Source of the DNA: Deltaproteobacteria bacterium
GTDB lineage: Bacteria; SAR324; NAC60-12
DNA: 35,450 nucleotides
Assembly (NCBI GenBank): GCA_002716165.1
Contig: PAZT01000017.1
Location: forward strand, 21,545 to 56,994
Reading direction: 5' to 3'
Shown: one piece after another, positions 8,938 through 17,950 of the stretch
Position numbering within the stretch: the stretch's first letter is position 1
Layout: each line of letters opens with the position of its first letter
Position numbers and translations under genes: made by a program
Notes under the pieces: generated by a model
What the model was told of the DNA's origin: nothing
The model's database searches: none
What the model saw: only the letters and a program-made list of their open reading frames with translations

Positions 8938-9708
8938 TTGAGTTTACTAGATTTCCTTCATCGTAGAAAAGCGGAAAATTTATTGTGGGAAACTGAAGAT
9001 TCTGGGCTTAAAGTAGAAGTGTGGGAGAAACATGATAGACGTGAAATGCGCTTTGGCAACCATATTATGCAGAGTGTATTTTCACGAAATAATCCATATC
9101 ATCTTGTTCTGCCATATTCTCGATTCATGGTTTTGGGCCTGATTTTCTGTCCTGATCCTAAATCAGCTCTCCATTTGGGACTTGGAGGAGGAAGCATTCC
9201 TCGTTGGCTTCACTTCCATTTCCCTGAACTGCAGCAAAAGGTAATTGAAAAGAATGCCTCAGTCATTGAAGCTGCAAATCGATTTTTTGATTTTCCAGTC
9301 GACAAGAGGCTATGCGTTATTCATGAAGATGCAGAAAAAATTATACCAAAATTAGAATCAAAATTTGATTTGATTTTTTTGGATGCTTTTGGAGAATACG
9401 GTGCTCCAGAAGAGGTGACAAATGTTAATTTTTTAAAAAAAATTAATTACTGTCTGAATCCAAGCGGTTGGCTTGTTGGAAATTTATGGACCGTAACTGG
9501 AGATTTTATTAAGTTCCGAAGACAATGGCGTACAACATTTAAGCAGTTATATCAAGCACGTGCTAACGCGAAGGGAAATATAATACTTTACGCCAGTCAA
9601 AATTCAAAAGTTTCTGAAATGAAAAGTTTAAAGTATATTTCAAAAAAACTTCAAAAACATCACCAATTGGATTTCTATAAAATGATAAGAAAACTTGAGT
9701 TTGAATAA
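8938..9708 (+). CDS. Spermidine-synthase-like (PABS-fold) SAM-dependent methyltransferase family protein
   Basis: LHLGLGGGSIPRWL (glycine-rich motif I), VIEKNASVIE, and DLIFLDAFGEYGAPEEVTNVNFL...LNPSGWLVGNLW resemble spermidine synthase-like proteins. Uses a TTG start, so the start is uncertain. Confidence 0.6.
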   Translation: MSLLDFLHRRKAENLLWETEDSGLKVEVWEKHDRREMRFGNHIMQSVFSRNNPYHLVLPYSRFMVLGLIFCPDPKSALHLGLGGGSIPRWLHFHFPELQQKVIEKNASVIEAANRFFDFPVDKRLCVIHEDAEKIIPKLESKFDLIFLDAFGEYGAPEEVTNVNFLKKINYCLNPSGWLVGNLWTVTGDFIKFRRQWRTTFKQLYQARANAKGNIILYASQNSKVSEMKSLKYISKKLQKHHQLDFYKMIRKLEFE

Positions 9709-9726
9709 ACAAACCAAAAAAGAAAA

Positions 9727-9748
9727 CTAAAAAAATATATTTTTTTAG
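9727..9748. repeat. Perfect 22-nt A/T palindrome CTAAAAAAATATATTTTTTTAG, possibly a weak bidirectional terminator
   Basis: Verified by reverse-complementing the string. It lies 19 nt after the stop at 9708. A small GCCTT-TTT-AAGGC hairpin follows at 9764-9776. Function is not established. Confidence 0.3.
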
Positions 9749-9874
9749 CTTATGCAGTTTTAAGCCTTTTTAAGGCAATTAATCATTTAAATTTAAATTA
9801 TTATAAGGTGTGGAAAACATTATGCTTCACAAAACTCACTATAGCTTGATATTCCCAGTGTATATTGAGATTTG

Positions 9875-11065
9875 ATGAAAAATTCTCGAAGATCTTTTTA
9901 TTTGCCGTTTACCCTTGGACACTTTGCCAACGATTTAGTCCCTTGCTCTGTGGTCGTACTTGCACCATCAATTGCTCTAGAAATGGGACTAAAACCGATG
10001 GAGGTTGGCTTATTGTTGACCCTGCACACGCTCGGAAGTGCTCTAGGATTTTTCCCGGCCGGTTTATTGGCAGATTCTGCAAGGAACCGGGGGAACCTAC
10101 TAATGCTTACCTTCTGGTGGGTCGGACTAGGTTACCTTCTTGCATCCTGGGCTCAAGGATTCTGGTCACTTGCAATTCTTTTTGCATTAGCTGGTTGTGG
10201 TGATGCAGCATGGCATCCTTTGGCTACGGCAATACTTGTAAAGTCTGATCCACAAAATAGAGGTCAAGCTTTGGGCTTTCATGCAGTTGGCGGGACACTC
10301 TCGGCAGTTATAGGACCGGTGATAGCAGGAATTATGCTTGCTTCAATGGACTGGCGCAAGACTCTGCATTGGATAATCCTGCCTACCTTGATAGTGGGCG
10401 TACTCTTTCTTAAGATCCGTAAATTGGTTCCTGAACAGTCCCATCGAAAGGTTATTTCCAAAGAGAAATTTCAGCATCTTTGGAAAAGCTGGACCAAAAA
10501 AAATGGTCTATTGATCATCTGCCTGATGAGCAGCTATCATATGTCACTGGTGGCATTGATTAGCATGATTCCACTCTACCTTAGAGAATTTCACGAACTA
10601 AGTTCGGCTAAGACAGGTTTGGCCTTTGGCATGATGATTCTTTCAGGAGCTTTTATGCAACCATTGATGGGAAGATTATCAGATCGGGTTGGAAGACGAC
10701 GGGTGATTGTTTTTGGAATTGCTACTTCTGCTGTGTGCGCATTTTTTATACCATTTTTAGAAAGTTTAGGGCTGCTTTTAATGATAATTATATTTCTACT
10801 TGTCGGTGTAGGACTGCTTGAAGGAATTCGCTCATCACTACTTGCTGCTGCAGTAGAATACACTGGTGGCCGTGAAGGAACTACCCTTGGATTTGCCTAC
10901 ACCCTGATGGATGGGATTGGGGCCTTCGGCGCTCTGATTGCAGGATGGGCCGCAGGAATCCAGTTCAGTCATGTTTTTGTACTTGCAGGAATTATATGTA
11001 CTTTTTCACTTATTTTTTGTTTTTCCGTTTCTTTGAGTTCAGATAATGTTACTCACACAGCTTAA
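9875..11065 (+). CDS. MFS transporter
   Basis: About 396 aa with roughly 12 hydrophobic segments. MFS loop motif GRLSDRVGRRRV lies after TM8 and GLLADSARNRG after TM2. ATG 9875 follows the TTG at 9872. Confidence 0.8.
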   Translation: MKNSRRSFYLPFTLGHFANDLVPCSVVVLAPSIALEMGLKPMEVGLLLTLHTLGSALGFFPAGLLADSARNRGNLLMLTFWWVGLGYLLASWAQGFWSLAILFALAGCGDAAWHPLATAILVKSDPQNRGQALGFHAVGGTLSAVIGPVIAGIMLASMDWRKTLHWIILPTLIVGVLFLKIRKLVPEQSHRKVISKEKFQHLWKSWTKKNGLLIICLMSSYHMSLVALISMIPLYLREFHELSSAKTGLAFGMMILSGAFMQPLMGRLSDRVGRRRVIVFGIATSAVCAFFIPFLESLGLLLMIIIFLLVGVGLLEGIRSSLLAAAVEYTGGREGTTLGFAYTLMDGIGAFGALIAGWAAGIQFSHVFVLAGIICTFSLIFCFSVSLSSDNVTHTA

Positions 11066-11084
11066 AAAAAAATATAAATACTTG

Positions 11085-12239
11085 ATGAAAATAATATTTG
11101 ATATTATTTGCTATTTTTTCTGTTCAAGTCTGTTCTTGATTTCGTGCTCCAACAACGATAGTTCATCAGGCAGTTCAAGTTCTTCAGAAACAACTTCTTC
11201 TTCAGACAACTCTACCAACTCTACCTCATCATATTTAGTTTCAGAAATCACACAAACTAATGAAGGGGACGGCTATCTTAGTGGATCATTTGAAGTGCCA
11301 AGCAATGGTATTTCATTTATGTTATCTACTTTTATGGATAATAATTCTGCTGTGGGATTTTATTCTCTGACTGATCCTGATGGAATCAACATTTTAAATT
11401 CTTCTTCAGCATTATACAGTTATTCATCTGGGAGTTTGGGAGCTTATGGATTTGCCAGTGTTTTGGTCCCACATACTACTAACTTCAGTGCAAAAGCTGG
11501 GACATGGACATTTAAAAACTACAACAACGATAGGGTTAAACTTAACGTGCGCACGGGGTCGACTCCATCTACGGCAACATTTTCTGTACAGGCTTACATC
11601 ACAGGCACAACTTGGTCTGCTAATGATATTGCATCTGCATTGTCTGTGATGTCAAATATATTTAATACGAATGGGATCACTTTGTCCTTGAAAGAAACTA
11701 TTACAATTAGTGACGGGCAATATGCAACTATAAGTAGCAGTTTTACAGATTCAACAACTTCGGCCTTAATTTCTCAAGGAAGTGAAGATTCTGTGAATTT
11801 ATTTTTTGTTGAAGACCAACCATCAAGTGAAACAGCAATCCTTGGTGTTTCGTCGGGTATCCCCGGAGCAATGGCTATTGCAAGTTCATGGAACGGAGTA
11901 ATTAATTATCTTTCGGCACATGCTATTGGTTCTAGTCTTAGCAGTCAATTGCTAGGAGAAACAGCAGCTCATGAAATGGGACACTGGTTAGGGCTCTTTC
12001 ATACAACTGAATCAACTGGTGACTCTTTTGATCCACTATCAGACACGGCCCAATGTCCTTTAAGCCTTGATCAAGACAGTGACGATAAAGTCAATGCTGA
12101 AGAATGCAACGGATATGGTGCAGATAATCTTATGTTCTGGACAACATGGTCAGCTTCATCGCAAGCAGCTGGTAAGACCCAGGAAAACCTATCCTCTGAA
12201 CAACAATACATCCTGAAGTATTCACCAATTGCAAAGTAA
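11085..12239 (+). CDS. Secreted lipoprotein, metzincin zinc metalloprotease (peptidase M43/pappalysin-like)
   Basis: Signal peptide with lipobox LISC, then a Ser/Thr-rich linker. HEMGHWLGLFHT (HExxHxxGxxH) is followed by DT..CP and NLMFW, as in the M43 family. ATG 11085 is preferred over 11046, which overlaps the MFS gene end. Confidence 0.7.
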   Translation: MKIIFDIICYFFCSSLFLISCSNNDSSSGSSSSSETTSSSDNSTNSTSSYLVSEITQTNEGDGYLSGSFEVPSNGISFMLSTFMDNNSAVGFYSLTDPDGINILNSSSALYSYSSGSLGAYGFASVLVPHTTNFSAKAGTWTFKNYNNDRVKLNVRTGSTPSTATFSVQAYITGTTWSANDIASALSVMSNIFNTNGITLSLKETITISDGQYATISSSFTDSTTSALISQGSEDSVNLFFVEDQPSSETAILGVSSGIPGAMAIASSWNGVINYLSAHAIGSSLSSQLLGETAAHEMGHWLGLFHTTESTGDSFDPLSDTAQCPLSLDQDSDDKVNAEECNGYGADNLMFWTTWSASSQAAGKTQENLSSEQQYILKYSPIAK

Positions 12240-12285
12240 ATAATTTTATCAAAATGTTACAACATTAATTTAGCAAAGGAGAATT

Positions 12286-12789
12286 ATGAGATATTTTTTA
12301 ATAACTTGTATTATTTTTTGTAACTTGAGCGTAATTGCGGTTGCTGATCAGAATAAGGAGCAGGTTTTGAAATTACTTGAAGGCCGTCATTGGAAACTTG
12401 ACATAAGGGCATTTAATAAACTTGGAGATAATACAGATCTTATTTTGATTGAAATTGCTAAAAATGATTTACTGATGAACGTTTTAAGATTCAGAGCGTT
12501 AGAGGTATTGTCACTTTTTCCAACAGATAGGACTGCTGATTTCTTAGAATATACTGCTGAAAAAGCATTCACTCCTATGGCAAGACGAGGATTTCAAGCT
12601 ATGAAACGCAGCTTCGCTAAAACAAAACCAGAAAGAGTAAAACTTCTGGCAACAAAATTGTTAAAACACAAAAACGCAAATATACGAATTTCTGCTGCAA
12701 AATATATTCGTTCCAAAGATCAAACTTTATTCAGAAACTATATCAAGACAGAGAAGGAGAACTGGGTGAAAAAAGAGGTTCAGAAATAG
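12286..12789 (+). CDS. Secreted HEAT-repeat-like protein, function unknown
   Basis: AAGGAG RBS lies 6-7 nt upstream. N-terminal signal peptide present. Helical repeats RFRALEVLSLF and NANIRISAAKYI resemble PBS-lyase/HEAT repeats. Confidence 0.45.
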   Translation: MRYFLITCIIFCNLSVIAVADQNKEQVLKLLEGRHWKLDIRAFNKLGDNTDLILIEIAKNDLLMNVLRFRALEVLSLFPTDRTADFLEYTAEKAFTPMARRGFQAMKRSFAKTKPERVKLLATKLLKHKNANIRISAAKYIRSKDQTLFRNYIKTEKENWVKKEVQK

Positions 12790-12808
12790 TTGATTTAAGA
12801 CTGAAAAT

Positions 12809-15013
12809 TTATGAACTATATATTTTTTTGTATAGTTTGTAGCTACGGTAAACTCTCTTGACATAATTTTTTGTTTCATTAAATGGGATTTGTTCTACGA
12901 ATACATCTATAGGCTTTCCTTTCCAGCGTTTAATCCATTTTATCATGTTGTGGGGGCCTGCATTATAACTTCCTGCTGTGTAAATAAGTTCAGACTTGAA
13001 GCGTGCAGAAAGTCCACCTAGATATATTGTCCCAAGTAATGTATTCAGCTCAGGATTATAAATTTCCTCTTTTCTCTTTAACTCAATTTTTTTCTTTTTT
13101 GCTACATGTCTTGCGGTAGCCGGCATGAGTTGCATAAGTCCCATTGCTTTCGAAGATGACAAAGCCGTTGGATTAAAATGACTTTCTTCACGCATTATAG
13201 CTAAGGCGAAATAGGGGTCAATTCCTGCTTTTTTTGATAAACTTTTCAACCGAGACCAGTAAGGCCTAGGATAAGCCAGTTCCCAAAGAGGATATTCTCC
13301 CACCTCGTGCGTAACTAGGTGAGGAAGATAATAATTTGCGACTATCCTCAGCAAAGAAAAATATTCTCCTTTGCGATAAAGCAAATGGCTGATATGCCAG
13401 TTCTTTGTACTGTCTTTGTAATTTCCTATTCCCGCAAACAGTTCCTTGATAGCTTGTTCTGATTCATCAATATCAAAAAGGAATTCAGTTCTATAAAGCA
13501 GATTTTTAGTATTTTGGCTAATTGGTTTTTCCGGTTTAATATAACGCTTTGATTTGCGATTTTTGACTAAAGATAAAAGTCTTTCGGGAATATTATTTTC
13601 TGAAAGAAAACGCATTCCATAGTATGTATTTGGCTTATTAATAATTAGTCGTTTAAAACTTTTATCTGCAAGTTCATTTTGTCCTGTTTCTCTGAGTAAT
13701 TTCCCCTGCCAGTAAAGCATTTTTGCCTGCACTTCTGAATTATATATTGTTATGTTAAGACCACTTTTAAGATAAAGAAGAGCATCTTTTACATTATTAT
13801 TCTTTTTATGTGACCAAGCCAGTCGCCAAGCTGACTTAGGAGCCAGTCGATGTTTTGGAAATTTTTTCAGCAAGCGATTCCACCAAAATTGAGCTTTTTT
13901 GATATCTGAATCAAGCATGTAGCGCGAAGCAAATGTATCGAAGAGAATAGGTAGATGACTTGAATTAGGGTTTAGTCTTTCCAGTTTATATATTAAGCTT
14001 CTTCCTTCAGGAATATTTTTTCTTTTTATATACGATCGAGCAGTCCAGTAAAGCTGAGTTTCTTTAGGTAACAGCCATTTTTTTGTTAGAATTCCCTCTT
14101 GGTATAATTTGATTATGCGAGAATAATATTTTTCTGTGAACATTGCTTTAATGTATGAATTACCAAGATTTTTGGTGACTTTTCTGCTCATCTCTTTACT
14201 TAACAACGGAAGGTGTTCCATGAGGTATTGTTCCAACCCAAGCTTTTTCAGTGTGTGCACACGATTATTAATTTCTTTAGAAGTCATCTTTTTAAGGTCG
14301 GTTATCTTCAACTGTTTATGGGAAAGCCTTGCTGAAGCTTCATCAATAGGATACTGCCACCCCAACACTTTGTATTCATGCTCAACTTTATGCCCATAAA
14401 GATCTGCTCCCTTTATGTATATAGAATGGAGTTTATAATCTTTCAGGAACCAGTTCTTATTTTTTCTAGTATCATGTAGAAAATTGTAAATTAGCTCCGT
14501 TACTTTGTCTGTATGAAATGATTTTTTCAACTCTTCACGGAGTGAATTTATGTAATATTCCTTTTTCTGATGTTGAAGCAGCTTTCTGATTTCCGCAAGG
14601 CCTTCCCTTTGTTTTGAAGCATGAAGCAGAACTCGTATTTTTTGAAAAAGCCAAGCGTCTTTGATTATTGACCCTTTATTAAGTCTAAGACTTTCCAAAG
14701 CTTCTTTGTAGTTTCCATTCTGAAGATGACATTTTGACTGTATTATTCTTGACCGGCTCCATAGTCCACTATTAGCCCATGCCTCTGGTTTGGATAAATG
14801 AGTCAATTGCTGCAGCAGTTTCTTGCATTCTCCTTTTTCATAGTAGTCAAAATATGGTTTCCATAATTGATTATTATGAGCTTTGACTATATTAAGTGAA
14901 TTAAAAAATACGAGTATGAGACAAAATACAGTTGCTGTTTTAAAGCATCCCTGAATCAATTTCCTGGTTGACCCAATAAATTTATAATTTAAGTGGTTTT
15001 TATGTGAAAACAT
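12809..15013 (-). CDS. slt: Soluble lytic murein transglycosylase (Slt70-like)
   Basis: 734 aa. N-terminal signal/anchor, long TPR-like superhelical region, and a C-terminal SLT domain with catalytic-Glu motif AIMREESHFNP...GLMQLMP...YNAGP. Confidence 0.85.
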   Translation of the reverse strand: MFSHKNHLNYKFIGSTRKLIQGCFKTATVFCLILVFFNSLNIVKAHNNQLWKPYFDYYEKGECKKLLQQLTHLSKPEAWANSGLWSRSRIIQSKCHLQNGNYKEALESLRLNKGSIIKDAWLFQKIRVLLHASKQREGLAEIRKLLQHQKKEYYINSLREELKKSFHTDKVTELIYNFLHDTRKNKNWFLKDYKLHSIYIKGADLYGHKVEHEYKVLGWQYPIDEASARLSHKQLKITDLKKMTSKEINNRVHTLKKLGLEQYLMEHLPLLSKEMSRKVTKNLGNSYIKAMFTEKYYSRIIKLYQEGILTKKWLLPKETQLYWTARSYIKRKNIPEGRSLIYKLERLNPNSSHLPILFDTFASRYMLDSDIKKAQFWWNRLLKKFPKHRLAPKSAWRLAWSHKKNNNVKDALLYLKSGLNITIYNSEVQAKMLYWQGKLLRETGQNELADKSFKRLIINKPNTYYGMRFLSENNIPERLLSLVKNRKSKRYIKPEKPISQNTKNLLYRTEFLFDIDESEQAIKELFAGIGNYKDSTKNWHISHLLYRKGEYFSLLRIVANYYLPHLVTHEVGEYPLWELAYPRPYWSRLKSLSKKAGIDPYFALAIMREESHFNPTALSSSKAMGLMQLMPATARHVAKKKKIELKRKEEIYNPELNTLLGTIYLGGLSARFKSELIYTAGSYNAGPHNMIKWIKRWKGKPIDVFVEQIPFNETKNYVKRVYRSYKLYKKIYSS

Positions 15014-15150
15014 GTCTAATGTCAGTTGGTACAGTTGGTGCTTTGTTTGGTTGGAATGAGGAATAAATGTTCCTTTTTTAAGATATTAAAAAAGCAAGAG
15101 CAAATTTCTTGCCTGACATCTTTATATGATCCGAATAAAGGGAAATTCTG

Positions 15151-15885
15151 ATGACTTTAAAAACTAAAGTGAATGATGAACTTTATGAAAAGAAGCAAAA
15201 AAATGATTCCCCTGATGAATCTTACCAAATTGACTCCATGCAGCCATTAATCATAAAGCAGGCTCAAAGTAAATCTAAAGGGACTAAGTCACTACCATAT
15301 TATTTTGGCTCAGATACTTATAGTGTTTACACTAACCTAAATAATCCTTTTATGGTGGGAATTCTTAATTCTGATACAGATACTATTCAATTGGACCCAA
15401 TAAAAACTCAAAGTCTTTTTCAGCGAATGGAAAAGGAAGCAACATATTCTATTGAATATCCACTAAACATTTCAGCTCACAAAAAAAGAAAAATAACTTC
15501 TCCTATTAATCGTTCTGCTGAAGAAAAAGAAAAAAATCTGATTGCTAGTGAAGTGATGTTAAAAGATGCTTCATCTGAATATCTGCCCAAGGAAAAACTG
15601 GTGGAAGATAAACGCAGATTAAGTGCATATATTGAGGGTTTTTTTGATCATATGTTAAAACGTCTCGGAGAACATCCTGGAGAATTACCAGCAATAATTA
15701 ATGAATTGGTAGCAATGTTTGTTAAACACAAGATTAAAATCCGATTTTATAAAGCATTTATTCAAATTAGAAATCTAACTGAATTAATAAAAACACTTAA
15801 AAAGATTAGTGATGACAATGAAATAGAAAATTTTGAGCTTTTCTGTAGTGCACTTTTTGTATTTTATACTTCCAAAATGAGTTGA
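15151..15885 (+). CDS. Hypothetical protein (244 aa), no recognisable domain
   Basis: Uninterrupted ORF with codon usage like its neighbours. Its stop lies just upstream of, or overlaps, alr. No signal peptide or motif recognised. Confidence 0.45.
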   Translation: MTLKTKVNDELYEKKQKNDSPDESYQIDSMQPLIIKQAQSKSKGTKSLPYYFGSDTYSVYTNLNNPFMVGILNSDTDTIQLDPIKTQSLFQRMEKEATYSIEYPLNISAHKKRKITSPINRSAEEKEKNLIASEVMLKDASSEYLPKEKLVEDKRRLSAYIEGFFDHMLKRLGEHPGELPAIINELVAMFVKHKIKIRFYKAFIQIRNLTELIKTLKKISDDNEIENFELFCSALFVFYTSKMS

Positions 15886-15932
15886 AATTAGTTTCCAAAT
15901 TACTTCTACATTTAAACATTTCTTCTAGCAAA

Positions 15933-17039
15933 ATGAGACCGTCATTTATCGAAGTTGATCTGAATATTCTCCAACAGAATCTCATGTTAATAAGAGAACA
16001 CATCGATAACCGTCCTGTTATGGCAGTGTTGAAATCAAACGCATATGGTCACGGATTAGTCAGAGTTGCTCATCTTTACGAGCAACTTGGAGTTAATTCT
16101 TTAGGAGTGGCTTTACCGGAAGAAGGTATTATCTTGCGTAAGTCAGGAATTTCGCTTCCTATTTTAGTTTTTGGAGGGATACTTAAGGAACAGATCCCAG
16201 AATTAATGGAGTGGGACCTCGAATTTTTTGTGCTATCTTTTGAAATGCTTAATTACACTGAAAAATTTTGTAAAACTCAAAATCAGTTTGCAAAAGTTCA
16301 TCTAAAAATAGATAGCGGTATGGGAAGAATTGGAGTCATTGCTGAAAACTCTAAGAGTTTTATAGCCTCAGCTTTGGATTCAGATCACATAAATATTAAA
16401 GGAGTATGCTCTCATTTAGCTTGCGCAGATGATCCTGAAGATCCTATGACTCATGAGCAGATAGATAGGTTCTTAGAGGCTGTGTCAGTTTTTGAAAAAT
16501 TAGGAGTAAATACTCCATTAAGACATATAGCAAATTCTGGAGGAGTACTGTATTTCCCTCAGTCTCACCTTGATATTGTGCGTCCAGGCATAATTCTTTT
16601 TGGCGTATACCCGGAACCTGCTTGTCGAAGAATACTTGAACTCAAACCTGCACTGACTTTAAAATCAAAGGTATCATTTCACAAATCTATCCCACCAGGA
16701 TTTTCTATAAGTTATGGTGCTACCTGGACTTCAAAAAATACTTCAGAAATTTCTACAATTCCGCTGGGCTATGGAGATGGATATCCTAGATACCTTTCAA
16801 ACCGTGGTGAAGTGCTTATAAACGGGAAGCGCCGTCCGATAGTCGGCAAAGTTTGCATGGATCAATTTATGGTTAACTGTAAATATGAGAATCAAAAAGC
16901 TGGAGAAGAAGTTATAGTTATTGGTGAACAGTGTGGCCAGAGTATTACGGTCGAAGAGATTGCAAAATGGGCAGAAACAATTCCATATGAAATATTGACA
17001 AATCTTAATGAACGCCTGCCGAGAAACTATATAAATTAA
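15933..17039 (+). CDS. alr: Alanine racemase
   Basis: PLP-lysine motif AVLKSNAYGHG, then SHLACAD, GYGDGYPR and VCMDQFMV. ATG 15933 (MRPSFIEVDL...) is preferred over the upstream TTG 15882. Confidence 0.9.
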   Translation: MRPSFIEVDLNILQQNLMLIREHIDNRPVMAVLKSNAYGHGLVRVAHLYEQLGVNSLGVALPEEGIILRKSGISLPILVFGGILKEQIPELMEWDLEFFVLSFEMLNYTEKFCKTQNQFAKVHLKIDSGMGRIGVIAENSKSFIASALDSDHINIKGVCSHLACADDPEDPMTHEQIDRFLEAVSVFEKLGVNTPLRHIANSGGVLYFPQSHLDIVRPGIILFGVYPEPACRRILELKPALTLKSKVSFHKSIPPGFSISYGATWTSKNTSEISTIPLGYGDGYPRYLSNRGEVLINGKRRPIVGKVCMDQFMVNCKYENQKAGEEVIVIGEQCGQSITVEEIAKWAETIPYEILTNLNERLPRNYIN

Positions 17040-17069
17040 CTAGTGATGATTTTGGCTAGAAATACAAAT

Positions 17070-17100
17070 AAAAACATTACACACCACAATGTTTTTATTT
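17070..17100 (+). terminator. Candidate rho-independent terminator after alr
   Basis: Perfect 9-bp stem AAAAACATT / AATGTTTTT with a 9-nt loop ACACACCAC, then ATTT. It lies 31 nt past the alr stop. The stem is AT-rich, so it is weak. Confidence 0.4.
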
Positions 17101-17309
17101 GGAAAAATCTGGTTAAATTTCAATTCCTTATATAAATAAATTTTTGTGAGTTTGTATTTTCTGTTTTTTGATTGATTAAGGAAAAGTTCGGAAGGGAAAA
17201 AATTGGGATTAATTCGGGTAGTTTTTAAAATTTTTTTTATTTTGCCTGAAGGTAATTAGCTTTTGATTAGTCTAATTTTATTAAAATTAAATAGTTATTA
17301 TTTGGTTGT

Positions 17310-17504
17310 TTATTTCAAACATTTAATTAATGCGGTATCATCCTCGAATGATAAGACATTATACTTTCTTCCACAATTTTCAAAAGCATGAATTTTTAAT
17401 TCATCAGCGGTTCTGGCTTTCACAAATTTTTCCTTAAATGTCTTCATACATGCTGTTGTATACAAAATACATATAATTAAAATGACACACTTATATAAAT
17501 TCAT
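17310..17504 (-). CDS. Small putative lipoprotein (64 aa), paralogue of 2436-2666
   Basis: Signal peptide ends in YTTAC. The mature part shares the pattern F.K....L.[VI].A...C.....VL..E....A.I.C with the 76-aa ORF. Confidence 0.5.
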   Translation of the reverse strand: MNLYKCVILIICILYTTACMKTFKEKFVKARTADELKIHAFENCGRKYNVLSFEDDTALIKCLK

Positions 17505-17950
17505 TGTATATGAAGCTAAATTGTTATTTTAATTAGGCAGATATTTTTCTTTAACACAATTAAACCTGAATTTTATATTAAATTTCATAATTAGCTCATT
17601 CAAAGCAATAGAATAATGCATTCATTCTAGTCAGAATTTTCCAGAAGGCCATCGTTTGTTGCTTGCTAATTCATTTACTACATTAATATTTGCAAGAAGA
17701 CTTTCTTCTGGCTAATATAAATATATTTCATTATCGTCACTATTTATATTTTTAAACTATAAGCAGTTTAAAACAGAAAATTTTTAATAACAGCTTTAAG
17801 TAAATATATTCAATAATGATGCTTATCTTAAAAAGGGTGAAAAATTCTTTATTTCTAATCTAACTTTTACCAATTATTAGTTTAGAATGGTTTCAAAAAG
17901 GTTTAAATTAACATTTTTTTTCACCTTATGAAAAAACCATAATAAAACAT

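Noticed and set aside
9865-10863. Alternative-frame or antisense ORFs overlapping the MFS gene (9865-10203 +, 10279-10461 -, 10591-10863 -).
   Set aside because: They are by-products of the locally elevated GC content. The MFS frame has the expected TM pattern and loop motifs.
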